In this document: piece by piece, positions 1-13,614 of the stretch
Numbering within the stretch: position 1 is the first letter of the stretch
How the letters are laid out: every line of letters begins with the position of its first letter
Program-made: the position numbers and the translations under genes
Source: Octopus sinensis
Taxonomy: Eukaryota
Assembly (NCBI RefSeq): GCF_006345805.1
Contig: NC_043003.1
Location: forward strand, 39,556,001-39,620,000
Direction of reading: 5' to 3'
DNA: 64,000 nucleotides
The notes under the pieces: model-generated
What the model saw: only the letters and a program-made list of their open reading frames with translations
Told to the model about the DNA's origin: nothing
Databases searched by the model: none

Positions 1-473
1 CATATTCCATTCAGTATAACCTGGACTACATTATCAAATGTGTCATTTTTTTAAGACGACGTGGTATGACATGAGGGAAATTTAGCTGCTATTTTCAAGA
101 GGTTGAGAGTCCCATAAAGGTTCTCTCACTGGTAACATAGTGGACATTAATTAAAGTGGAGAGCTAGCAGAATATGTAGCATGCCAGGTAAAATACTTAG
201 GGGCATTTCATCTGTCTTTACATTCTGAGTTAAAATTCCACCAAGGTTAATATTGTCAGTGTTATTTGCACTTTTGCATAATTTAGATGGTGTAGTACTA
301 TATTTTGTTTTTTAATGAATGACTTTTCTGGTAACTTTTCCACTTTAATGATTGGATGTTTACAAATTGTATCGTGACTGTTTTTTTTTTTTACTGCTAC
401 TGATCAGATGTTCTATACAGATATATATACATATATAAGGGATGGGTCTCTGAATTGAGACTTAGTTTCTTGC

Positions 474-885
474 TTAGGAATGGCTGTGTGGTAAGTAGCT
501 TGCTTACAAACCACATGATCCAGGTTCAGTCCTACTGCATGGCACCTTGGGCAAGTGTCTTCTACTATAGCTGACCAAAGCCTTGTGAGGGGATTTGGTA
601 GACGGAAACTGAAAGAAGCCCATTAAATATATGTATATATATATATATATATATGCATGTGTATGTGTGTATATGTTTGTGTGTCTGTGTTTGTCCTCCC
701 AACATTGCTTGACAACCAATGCTGGTGTGTTTACATCCCTGTAACTTAATAGTTCGGCAAAGAAACCAATAGAATAAGTACAAGGCTTACAAAGAATAAG
801 TCCTGGGGTTGATTTGCTTGACTAAAGGTGGTGCTCCAGCATGGCCACAGTCAAATGACTGAATCAAGTAAAAGAATAAAAGAGT
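474..885 (+). mobile_element. SINE family A, full length (tRNA-like head, internal (TA)n/(TG)n, 3' AAAAGAGT-like tail)
   Basis: A box TGGCTGTGTGG, B-box-like GGTTCAGTCC; near-identical copies throughout the window. Confidence 0.85.
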
Positions 886-974
886 AAGTGATTTTTCATA
901 TCAGAGTTCCTTTAATATATTCTTAGTTTCTGTCAGGGTGTTGCTGAGTGTGTTACAAAACAACACATAGAAAA

Positions 975-1014
<40 letters not shown>

Positions 1015-1157
1015 GTATATAAACAAAAGGTTGAATACAAAAATTGAGACACCAAATAAAGAACAATTTGAAAATTGCTTTTAAGCAAGAAACTTAGTCC
1101 CAAATCAGAGACCCTTTCTCTGTATGAAACAAGCTCTGATCACTGAAAGGAAAACAA

Positions 1158-1467
1158 TTCTTTTATTCTTTTATTTGTTTCTGTCATTTGACTGCAGCCA
1201 TACAGAGGCACCACCTTGAAGGGTTCCAGTTGAAGAAATCGACCCAGGACTTATTTTTTGTAAACCTAGTACTTATTCTATTGGTCTCTTTTGCCAAACT
1301 ACTACGTCACAGGAATGTAAACACACCAACATTGGTTCTCAAGTGATGGTGGGGGAACAAACACTGACACAAAGGCACACACACATAAAAAAAAATACGC
1401 ACACACACACACAATAGGCTTCTTTCAGTTTCCCTCTACCAAATCCACTCACAATGCTTTGGTTGGC
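1158..1467 (-). mobile_element. SINE family A, 5'-truncated, reverse orientation
   Basis: Reverse complement of the family A 3' half. Confidence 0.8.
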
Positions 1468-1516
1468 AGCCATTCCTGTGCCTATCATGATATAATTTAC
1501 GAACATCTAATGACTT

Positions 1517-1768
1517 CATCATCATCATCATCATCATCGTTTAATGTCCGCTTTCCGCGCTAGCATGGGTTGGACGGTTCGACCGGGGTCTGGGGAGCCA
1601 GGGGCTGCTCCAGGCTCCAGTCTGATCTGGCAGTGTTTCTACAGCTGGATGCCCTTCCTAACACCAACCACTCCACGAGTGTAGTGGGTGCTTTTTACGT
1701 GCCACCTGCACAGGTGCCAGAGGGGTCTGGCACCGGCCACGATCGATTGGTGCTTTTTATATCATTAA
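1517..1768 (-). mobile_element. RTE-type LINE 3' tail fragment ((GAT)n tail plus 3'UTR)
   Basis: Matches the 3' ends of the LINEs at 34561 and 38493. Confidence 0.8.
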
Positions 1769-2324
1769 AGTGGAAAAAATTATCAGAAACGTCATTTTTA
1801 TTCATTTCTTTTTTCATACACATATACATACACACATACACCTTGTGTGTGTGTGTGCGTGTGTGTGTGTGAGTGTGTGTATGAGGGCATATGCACTAGT
1901 GGTTAGTGTATTGCATTCACAAACATGAGATCATGAGTTCAGTTCCTGGACTGAGTAATGCATTCTTTTCTGTTCTGTTCTTCTCATGTTGCTCTATGAT
2001 CATTTCAACATCTACCTAGCGAGTGGCCTACCAAGCACCTGAACAGGCAATGTAGATTTGATGGAGAGTGTGAGCTTATGAGCAGCACAAGCATTTTATC
2101 ACTATAAACAAATCGTATAGGCAGGTTGTTCAGTAAGACACTGCAGAATCGTCTTTCTTGAATTGAAAACTACATGTATGTTTATGTGTATAGATATACG
2201 TATATACATATGTATGTACTTATGTATGTACATATGTGTGTATGTATGTATGTATGTATGTATGTACGTATGTTTGTGTGTGTGTGTATGTATGTATGTA
2301 TGTATGTATGTATGTATGTATGTA

Positions 2325-2615
2325 TGCCAGAAGGTCTTCAAATCTAACAGAGGCCTCGAAAGACATTTTAAGATCCCCAAAGATCAGAACTTAACTGTAG
2401 CTCTTGATGATCCAAATCGGGTATGCAATCTATGTGGGTGTCTTTTCAAAACATTGTCTGGTTTATATAATGAATATAATGAAATTATTGTATACAGTGC
2501 TCAGGTGCACCACAAGGTGTATGTGGTTTAAAAAGCCACATCAGATACCATGATGGTTCTAAGGTGTAGGTACAAGAAGTGGTCAAACTCTGCATAAGGA
2601 GGAGACAACCACCAC
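2325..2615 (+). mobile_element. LINE ORF C-terminal remnant with two C2H2-like fingers, interrupted by a 58-bp insert
   Basis: [15 protein letters not shown] and VCNLCGCLFKTLSGL|KSHIRYH; no splice context. Confidence 0.55.
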
Positions 2616-2677
2616 CAATATGTATATGTATATAAATATATACATATGTGTGTGTGTGTGTATGTGTGTGTGTGTGT

Positions 2678-2707
<30 letters not shown>

Positions 2708-2708
<1 letters not shown>

Positions 2709-3003
2709 GCCAGTACTCCCTGACTGGCTCTTGTGCCAGTGGCACATAAAAAGCACCATCTGAATGTGATCAATGCCAGGCCCGCCTGACTGGCTCCCAT
2801 GCCAGTGGCACGTAAAAAGCACCCACTACACTAGGAGTGGTTGGCATTAGGAAGGGTATCCAGCTGTAGAAACGTTGCCAGATCAGACTGGAGCCTGGTG
2901 CAGCCGCTGGCTCTACAGACCTCAGTCAAACCGTCCAATCCACGCCAGCATGGAAAACGGATGTTAAACGATGATGATGATGATGATAATGATGATGATG
3001 ATA
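2708..3003 (+). mobile_element. RTE-type 3' tail fragment
   Basis: GGCACGTAAAAAGCAC modules, GGCATTAGGAAGGG...CAGCTGTAGAAA box, (GAT)n tail. Confidence 0.8.
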
Positions 3004-3393
3004 TACATGTATGTATTTGTGTTAGTCTCCCAACCATGTGACAACAAGCGATGGTTTGTTTATGTCTCTGCAACTTAGTGATTCAGTAAAAAAGGTCAAT
3101 AGAAGAAGTACTAGACTTTAAAAAAGGAACAGGTACTAGGATCAATTTGTTTGGGTAAAGTCTTCAAGGCATTTCCCTAGCATGGTCACAATCCAATGAC
3201 TGAAACAAGTAAAAGATAAAAGAAACCATCTTAAAAAAGTAAGGACTCATTAAATAATGTAATCCTAGAAATACCCAGCCTGAGAAAAATAAAATAAAGA
3301 AGTACGATGAGGCTTGAGACTGGAATACATTTTATCATAGATATACTCAATCAGGACTGACCTAGGGTTACACAAGAACAAAATGACAACAAC

Positions 3394-3790
3394 GCTGGAG
3401 TGGCTGTGTGGTAAGTAGCTTGCTTACCAACCACACGGTTCTGGGTTCAGTCCCACTGAGTGGCACCTTGGGCAAGTGTCTTCTACTATAGCCTTGGGCC
3501 AACCAAAGCCTTGTGAGTGGATTTGGTAGACAGAAACTGAAAGAAGCCCGTCGTATATATGTATATGCATATATATGCATGTGTGTGTGTGTTTGTGTGT
3601 CTGTGTTTGTCCCCCCAGCATCAACTGATGCTGGTGTGTTTATGACCCCGTAACTTAGTGGTTCGGCAAAAGACCGATAGAATAAGTACTAGGCTTACAA
3701 AGAATAAGTCCCGGGGTCGATTTGCTCGACTAAAGGCGGTGCTCCAGCATGGCCACAGTCAAATGACTGAAACAAGTAAAAGAGTAAAAG
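3394..3790 (+). mobile_element. SINE family A, full length
   Basis: Same head, body and tail as 474-885. Confidence 0.88.
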
Positions 3791-3838
3791 AGAGAGTAAA
3801 TAGTAATGAAACATAAAAGAAATAAAAACTGTACTGAC

Positions 3839-4065
3839 CGATCAGTGTCATCAATGAGACGATCATGGAATACTCTGTAGACTTCATGTACCCACAGACG
3901 GATTACCTTGTCTGTCTCAACCATGTTGATAGGAGGAACAAGCAGTACACCTTGGATGACCCGTGAGAAATCACGCAGATTAAATACATAATGGCTTTTG
4001 GACGGCGTTGGTAGGAAGGTGACGATAGCATTCTTGTACACCTCCATTGTCGCAGAAACCATAAG
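3839..4065 (-). CDS. DNAH3: DNAH3-like exon 17 (227 nt): LMVSATM...[22 protein letters not shown]...[13 protein letters not shown]
   Basis: gccag acceptor, gtcagt donor; ORF 3730..4062. Confidence 0.95.
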
Positions 4066-7000
4066 CTGGCAATATGAAGAAAAGTTGACAGATAATAAGA
4101 GTTCTTTTTTTCCTTATAGTTGCCCCACACTCTCACATTTTGTGGGACAAGTGTAGTACTTTGAATCAACCAGAGTATATTACTGGTACTTATTTAATCC
4201 AAACCTGCTGAAGTTAACTTTGTCTTTCGCCCTTTCAGGATTGATAGAATAAGTGACCAATCATATCACTGAGGATAATTCACATGACTACATCTCTCTT
4301 ATGAAAGATGATTTGTACAATAATGTTTCTGAAAATTCCCCACCACAAATAGAGTAATTATGACAAAAAAGGAGAAGTGGGGGAAGGCAGAGGGAAAGAG
4401 GAAGATTTGCAGAGAGATACCATTTTTTTTTTTTTGAGGAGAGAAGTGTAGGAAGTGCAGCTGATTCCAGTATACCACTGATGCTTGTTATATTTCATCC
4501 AGAGACAGAGAAGGCGTACGTCGATCCCAACAAGACTTCACCATAGAGCAAGTATAGGTATGACTGTATTATTAAAAGGTTTACATTGCAACTACCTGGA
4601 TTTGAGGTTTGATGCTATCATGTAGTGTCTTGGGTAAATATCTTCTACCACAGTTTTAGACTGAACAATACCTTTTGAGTGACAGAAACTACATGTGAGA
4701 AGAAAGTTAAGATGGCGAGCAGGCAAAAACGTTAGCACGGCGGGCGAAATGCTTAGCAGTATTTCGTCTGCCACTACATTCTGAGTTCAAATTCCGCTGA
4801 AGTCGACTTTGCCTTTCATCCTTTCGGGGTAGATTAAATAAGTACCAGTTATACACTGGGTTCGATGTAACCAACTTAATCCATTTGTCTGTCCTTGTTT
4901 GTCCTCTCTGTGTTTAGCCCCTTGTGGGTATTAAAGAAGTAGGTATTTCGTCTGCTGCTACGTCGACTTTGCCTTTCATCCTTTCGGGATCAATAAATTA
5001 AGTACCAGTTATGTGCTGGAGTCGATGTAATCAACTTAATCCCTTTGTCTGTCCTCCTTGTTTGTCCTCTCTATGTTTAGCCCCTTGTAGGCAATAAAGA
5101 AATACATAACTACATATGAGAAGAAACCCACCATATCACTATCATGGGCTCTTACCCTCAAAAACAACAGAAACCACCACCCCCATTTCCAGCAGGCTTA
5201 GATTGCTACTGTGGGTCTATTTGCAACTAAACTTTCTCCTAATATCATCAAAAAATGAAGCTTCTCAGCTGTAGTGAAAGTGATCCGTCGACAAGCTTGG
5301 GCAATAAAAACAAACCCAACAGTATTCAAAAAGGGCCCTGCTCTGATCATACAGGGAATGCATAGACTCTGTGAGCTGCAGTGCGGGCAATCTGTAGAGG
5401 AGAGTGGTAACTCTGAAAAAGAAAGGAAAATTACAGTGTAGAGAAGTCCCTTTCATTCATACCTCTCTAGTGTTGGTCATACAATAAAATGCATCCAACG
5501 CATGTAAAACGAGAGGTGATATGAAAAGTATCCAGCGCATGTTAAATGAACAAAGATCAGTGGTTTTTCACTGTTGCAGTGTGATGGAGGAGCACAATAA
5601 GAAGCAAGATGTTGTGAGATCCATACAACTGGTATGAGACAGTTTGGTACGTCTGTTTTGGCCCTGCCTATTTGCCATTGCTAATTCAACACTGACTTAT
5701 TTGGAATCAGATGTTTTAATGCTTCTCTCATTCTCTCCCCACCTCTCTCTTTTTCTCTTTGTTTATGTGTGTAAGCATCTAGTTATGTTAGTATTCATGC
5801 ATAATGTCCCTCTCCCTCACTCTATCTATATGTGTACATTTCTGTGTTTATGTGCATGTGTGTGTTTTTATGTGTTTGCCTCCCGTATCATAGAGTATGG
5901 TCACCAAAACAGGTTCAATATCCAGTGACCCATGCCAAATCATCAGCGTCCAAACAGCCATAACCAGTCATCTCATTCTGCCATACAACCTATAAACCTA
6001 TAGCATCATGAATAAATGGAAGTATAATGAAAATAATATATATGTGTTTCTGCATATCAATGTAAATGCTAGTGGTATTGAAGTTCAAAGAAGAGGAGTA
6101 ACTCTGGTTAACTTGGCTGTTCAATAAATAGAGGTTGATGAAATGAGTACCAGACTAAAAACTGGTACAGATATAATTGATTAAAACCCTTGAAGTTGGT
6201 GCATCTCAATGGTTGAGTCAAAGGAATGAATCAAAGCAAAAGGATAAATGGACAAAGTTAAATAATAAGACTTTTCTTTAGTCTTCTAAGGGTTTTAAAT
6301 CAGGAAAGAAAATGTAGCACTTAAAACTCTTTTCGGGATCCCTTTGTTTAGTTGGAGGAATGAAAGAAGTTTTGTTCAGATCAGAGATTTAGCTCAAAAG
6401 TTTTCAACAGAGAAGTCTCCACTAGAAGCAACCAAGGATGGGCAGTTCCTGTGACTTACACAGGCTCTTCTCCAAAACTGGTGACATTGATACGGGTGAG
6501 GTTCCAAGACTGGCAGTGATGAGATCAGCAACTGCAGTGACTGCAGAGACAGCAACTGCAGCAGCAACAGTAATGGCAATAGTTGTGGTAGTGACAACAT
6601 CAACACATCAACAATGACGAATGTTTATTTTGATAAGGCAGGAAGCCAATTCTATTAACATTATTTGATGATTTAGTTGATGTATATTGCAGAAACTTAC
6701 TTCACCTCAAAAACATGGAAACTGAAGTTGATCACCATCAGTGATGAGTTTTTTGGGTTTTTTTGCACCCTTTTCAAACCTAGTCAGGCTCATGGGTCCG
6801 GTTTCCTGGTTTCTATGGCGTATGTGTTCTCCCCAGCTGGATGGGATGCCAGTCCATTGCAGTGTTACTCAAGAAACAGGAAGAAAGAGTGAAAGAAAGT
6901 TGAGGCAAAAGAGTACACCAGGGGTCGCCACCATCCCCTGCCAGAGCCTCATGCAGCTTTAGGTGTTTTCGCTCAATAAACACACACAACGCTTTGTCTG

Positions 7001-10000
7001 GGAATCGAAACCGCGATCCTCCAACCGCAAGTCCGCTGCCCTAACCACTAGGCCATTGTGCCTCCATCAGTTATGATTGCTTGAATATTAAGCAGTTACA
7101 GAAAAGGAAAAACAAAACTGCTTACCTTGCCCATCCGCATAAATGAAGACTCAAAACCTCGTCCAAAATGCCAATCTGAAATCATTCCAAATATTCTGCT
7201 CAGAGTACTGTCATCAAACTCAGTGATGGTTATGACATTTGTATGCCTTGTAAAACGATTTGTAATTGGCTGCCTGCCAGCACTAGGTGGAGCCATTGCT
7301 GACACAAACAACTACAATAAAGAAAAGCAATTATAATGATGATGAGAATTATGAAGACATCAACAGTGGTAGCAACCATTCTACTTTTATTATTATCATG
7401 AACATTTTTACCAATATAATGATAATCATATGCATTTTTACTAATATATGATAATCATATGCATTTCAGCAAGTAGGATGGTTTTTGTAGTGACATCAAA
7501 GTTTAAACAAAAGATTGACCCTTTAGTATTTAAGCCAGCTATGTCTGTCCCATATTGTATGTTTCAACTGGCCAGATTCAGCCTCTCACACCTACCTAAC
7601 AGTGCCATTGTAAAAATAAACAATCACATCATCAAAATATTGAAACTGCAAGATAATACCTGATTGATTCAAAACGATGTGAATACAGAAGCATTACATT
7701 TGACAGAGTAACCTGAATGCTAAGTACTGCAGATGTTAACTGAACAGACACTGTGTGTAGCTTGTTGATAGTGAGATAAAATGTGGGGACGTTGCCTGCA
7801 TTGACAACAGACATTGTATGTAGATGTCGACTGAACAGAGAAATACAGTGTGTAGATGATGAGGGGATAGGTAGACAGACTCATGTATAGGCTGTGTAGA
7901 TATTGACTAAACAGGTACATATAGTGAGTAGATGTAGACATACAGACTTTTAAATATAGAAGTTGTTGACTAAATATATTAATATTGTGTGTAGATATAA
8001 CAGATAGACACTGTCAAATTATAGGGTTACCATATTCTATTATATCAAAAATATTAACATCCATTCCATAGAGCAAGCCACCAGGACCTTTTTTTCAACT
8101 GAAAAACTGTTCCATCACCTGTGGTAACTGTGACAGTGAGAGAAAGAGAAAAAACAACTTTGTGAAAAAGCATTGGAAATACTAGCAGATCTACCCATCT
8201 ATGATGAGGCATAAAATGAGGGAGGGAAGTCATAACAGCAGTATGTATTGATAAATATGTAAATGAACTTTATAGATTACTGGGTGATGTCTTAGAGAAA
8301 TCACATTATCGTTAGTGATACAGCATTCTATTGCAGCTATGTGACATGTGTTTGCAACTAAGTGACATGTGATGATGATACACTCCTGAACTGAAATTTG
8401 CTCCCATCTTCTGTATCATAAGTGGTTATGTGGACCACACCAAATGAAAGCCAGAGCTTCCTTCGACCATTACATAAAAAGTATTAAGAAAAAATATTAT
8501 TCAGATATACTTTTATTTTAGTTGTTTACACTATTTTATGCTTGTTTATACTCTTATACATTCAAAGTTCACAAATGTCCTTATTTAAGTTATGAATCAT
8601 ATTCCATTTGATAATATCAATATGGTTACAAAACTTCTTTGTGGACGATACTTTCTGTTTGGTCGACACTAATTTTCAAATTACTGTAGTCCATTGCTCT
8701 ACTCATAGCAACATATAACTGGCCATGTGTAAACATCGGAATGAGTAAAAATACACCTACATGATCTAAAATCTGACCCTGTGCCTTGTTTGTTGTGAAT
8801 GCACGAGCGGAATCTTTAGGGTTGCAAAATATCAAACTAAGTCTTACCTCTCACGGTTCTATGTGAATAATGTCTGAATGTTCTGGTACCATGGGTTATT
8901 TTGATTGACAAAATGGAGATATAAACAACAGCCACTTCATTTTGAATCCTGCTCAAGACTGACACAATTTCAATATCCACTAAATAATCACACACATTAT
9001 ATACTGACACACAATTTTCCCACTTTATCTTCATTATTAACTTGTCCTTGTGACCCCCTTTGTATCTACAATGGGGCCACTAACTATACTATGAAAATCC
9101 AGAGTTACTTGTGGTTGATGAATTTTTAATAAAAATGCAAAGGTGGTTTGTCAATTGATATCCACAAAATAATCATACTTTCTGATTTTTTAATGCTAAA
9201 AACCTTCCTTTGTAATCCCAAAAAATATCACAACCACCTGGTTCAGCTGTCTGGCTGTGAAGAGGAAGCAAATCTGCCCATCGTAGATGGGCAGATTTTG
9301 CTATCTTACTATAATGGGTATTACGTCCATCTGTCTGTCTAGGTGGCCATGAAGGGGAACAGACAAAGAGATAGACTGGACAGACAGACAGACAGACATA
9401 ACACCCATTATAGTAAGAGAGCAAATCTGCCCATCCATGATAGGAAATAAAGGGATAGTATTGCAAATCAAAACTCACTGAAAACACATACTATAGGGGG
9501 TGGAAATCCAGAGTTAATTCTCGTTGCCAGAAATTTAGCAAAAAAATCAAAGGCGATATCATCATCATTATTATTATTATTATTACAAAACTCAATATCC
9601 ACTAAATAATCATACTTTTCCACATTTTTTTTTTGCTAAAAACCTTCCTGATTACCTCTTTTATAATCTCAAAACACATCGTGACCATTGGTCCAGCCAT
9701 TTGACTGTAAAGAGGGAACAAACAGATAGATGGACATAATGCCCATTATAGTAGAGAAAAATACTTACCACATCTTTGAGAAATATTTTTGATGTGTCCC
9801 GTTTGTCATACCAGTGACCATGATCAATCCACTGTCGCAAGAGTTCAATTGGTGGCTGTGCACCGTATACCTCCTTTGCTGGCATATTTAGGTCATCTAC
9901 AAATATGATAAGCTTCTTCCCAACTGGTGGGCCATAGACACTCTTCCTCCGCCTAGAAATCACATTAAACACCACATCAACTCACACAGAACATGATGAA

Positions 10001-12649
10001 TATGTAAAGTATTTTCAATAGCTTTGACTAGAATATTATCATTATGAAATGCTGATAATATTGGGTTGTCTGGAAAGTTCGTGCCGATTTATAGTAGCTT
10101 ACCTTTCGACTTATTTTAGAACATGGTTGATTTCATAAAATAGAATTTGACTGCACCTATATTTAGAGCACAGTTTAAGCTATCTTTTCATGGAAGAAGG
10201 TTTATGTTCCTATAATATGTGTTAATTCTGTAACCCTTTAAAATGGAAGATAAGAAAGTTCATTTTCGGCACTTGATGCTTTGGGAACCAGACAAAAATT
10301 GCTGCAGCTTGGCTGGAATGTGTTACCCCACCCTCCATATTCACCAGATATTGCTCCACTTATTCAGGTCTCTGAAGAATAGTCTTAATGGTAAAAATTT
10401 CAATTCCTTGGATGATGTAAAAAGATACCTTGATGAATTCTTTGCCACAAAACCACCTCAATTCTGGGAAGAGGGTATTTTCAAGTTAAAGAAAAGATGG
10501 AGACACATTGTGCAACAAAATGGTTCATATTTAATTGATTAAAAATGTAATGGCAAGTATTTATTGACCTTTTTCTTTCCTTTAAAAATCGGCGCAAACT
10601 TTGTGGACAACCCAATAGTATTAAAGAAAGGAAGATTATCAAGTCAAGTGGGTACTATGTGTATTTAACATTTCAAGGCAAATACTAATTGGATGTCAAA
10701 AATGTGATATGCATTACCCATGAAATATTAAAGATTTGCTATGAACACAAAAGAGCAACAGATCCAATCATATATAAAGTAGGAGTAAAACAGATGGCAT
10801 AATCAATTATAAAAGATTTCAGAAAAGAATACTTGATATTATAAGGAGTTTCGTTACATGGTTAGTAGTAAAATAGCTTTGGAATACGGGAGTAATTTGA
10901 TAGCAAACAGTTGAATGTAATCTCAAAAGGTTGCAGTTCAAAAACATCAACATTCCCATGCTTCAAATGATGATGCAAATGACAACAACAGCAACAATGC
11001 CAAACACTAAAGTGGAATATGAAATGAAGTCATATTTAAGTTTGTGATGAAGTGGTGACATAGCAGAAGCCTTGTGATTGATTAGAAGACAATGAAAAAA
11101 CGAAGCTGGTGTCACACGATGCTAACAATCAGACAAATTGTGATTGGAATTCACACACTGCGGCAGGTGACAAAAGTCATTCAATCAAGTCATTAATACA
11201 TGCAAGGAAACAGTCTATACTTGTTCAAGTGAGGACAAAATGACATCGCTGTGCCAACTCATATTGACATGACAGTACTAATAACGCTGAAAGTAAATCC
11301 CACATGTTAAACTTAGACTAACTTAGATGTTATGGAGATGTACTTGCATAGCAAGTGACCTGATCTGAGATCGTGTGCTGGAACGAAAACAATTGCAGTG
11401 TGGAAGGTGTTTGTAAGCCATTTAAGAAACACACAAAAACCATTAGATTCACTTCAACATTTAAATTTAATTTGTCAAAATATTTTCGGGGCTTTGAGAC
11501 CACGACCTGTTCACTGACAAAACTCCGTCAGCATTTGACAAATTAAATTCAAATATTGAAGTGAATCTAACGGTTTTTGTGTGTTTCTTAAATGGCTGAT
11601 AAACACCTTCCATGCTGCAATTGTTGTTAACTTAGATGTGTTTGATCCAAAATTGTTCCAGGCCGTTTCTACCTTAACAGGTGAAGTCATTTTTCAGTCA
11701 AGTTTTGTTGTATCATAGTCCATTTAAGTAGTGAATTGTTATAGGTGGGACCAGTTTAACTCTGAAGACTATAGTATAGTATAACTTACACAACATTTAA
11801 TTGCTTAGATAAAAATAAATTAACTTCTTATTTACATGTGACATCTCTTGAACATTACCGATTACTAATTTTGACACGAGGATTAAATTTCCAAAAGAAG
11901 AAATATAATTGCTAAATTTGACTTCATTATATTACTTGTACATATTTTATTAAACTTGGAGGAGTGGAAAGTGAAGTCAATCCCAAGTAGGATTTCAATG
12001 TTGAACATAAAGGGGTCTAAATAAAAACAAGAAGGAAATTAGTCAGGCTAAATAAACACTAGAATTTCTGCTACTTGAGAATTTTTAAGACAACACCTCT
12101 CTATATCTTACTGAGCACTGTTTATGTAAATACAAGATACTAACACTAAAGAGAAACACAGCTGGAGAACAGAAGACTTAAAATCCATTCTAGATGTAGA
12201 GTTAAAGATGAAATTGCAATATGAGAATAGACAGCAGTGCATCATCATTGCATACAGAGAGCATGTGTGACAACAAGGGTGGTGTAACAAGGGTGGTGTA
12301 ACAACAGGACAGTGTAACAACACGTGTTTGTGAAATGGAAACAGAGTCACAGTAACAACAGAAGGAGAGTTAAAACAAAATGTGTGTGTGTGTGCGTGTG
12401 CGCACATGTTTGTATACTGTGCTTGTGTAGAACTGTCGAGCCAAGTGAGGTCATAGTTGTGGCCGATGCCGGTGTCAGAGCAATTCCGGTGTAGCAAAAA
12501 ATTTGCAAAAATCCCACATTTTTGGAGTTTAGAGGGCTTCAGGGAGTAAATGCCCTTGATTGGTCACAGTAAAAATTTAGCATTTTCTAGTAATCAATTA
12601 GAGCAACATTTCAGCCCTCATATATACATATAAATATATACATACATAT

Positions 12650-12700
<51 letters not shown>

Positions 12701-13581
12701 CTGACATACCCAGTAATTCCCGGGAAAGCAGGGCTTATCCCTTGGTTCCATTTTCATAATTGTTTCACTCATCCAATAACAACAATACAAAGTATGTATC
12801 CCTTAAAACGGTTTTTGTGCATTTACAGAGAATACCGAATTGTCTTTCACAGGATCTTGTTTTTAGGAATTCCCTATAAGTTATGAATACCCAAATTGTG
12901 AAGTCAGTTATGTAATAAAATGCAATAGAGGACAATAAAACATTCGAACAGATAGAAGATACAAAGGCAGACAGGAGAAACAGCTATTTGAAGGACAGGG
13001 AAAAAAGGATGGGTCATTCATAGCCTTCTTTCTTCAGTTAAGTTACCAGATGTCATTACTGTTTTTGACATTTACACTTGAGACAGTTCGATCTGTAACT
13101 AAATTTTGTACAACTCTTTTACTCTATCTTTTAGTACCCCTCATACTTTCTTCCACTTTTCTTTTTCTTGCTCCCCCTCTCTCTCACATTTATTGGACTT
13201 CTCTTTCTATAACTCCCACGTTTCTTTCTCTCCCCTGTACCTTGCCCTTTGTCTTCGATTTTTTTCTAATCCTTCAATCCCACTGCCCCCTACCCCTCTC
13301 TCCTCCTTCCACATGACCGGTGTCCAGCCAGCCATGATCTTTCTTTCTTGGCCTGACTGCTGACCATCAACACCTCTTATGTCCATCTACTATGTTCCTG
13401 CCATTAGGCTTTCACTTCATACATGCCAGCTCAATCTGATTTGTTCTCAGTAGAAAGACACCTGTTGTAATATTCTTGTTGTTTGTATTTGTAATTGTGT
13501 ACCATGTTCTCCGTTTTTTTGTCCCTGTTGATGTACATATTCACTAGTATTCTTACAAAAAATATACATATACATACATAC

Positions 13582-13614
<33 letters not shown>

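Noticed and set aside
2163-2531. Host C2H2 zinc-finger gene
   Set aside because: Only two broken fingers, no splice context, and a LINE-like tail follows
1-3838. Possible further dynein exon downstream of exon 17
   Set aside because: No frame resembling the next conserved segment with splice sites was found; it probably lies outside the window
7720-8010. Degenerate ~30-bp GTAGAT..GACTGAACAG minisatellite and ORF 7720..7941
   Set aside because: Eroded tandem repeat with no coding signal
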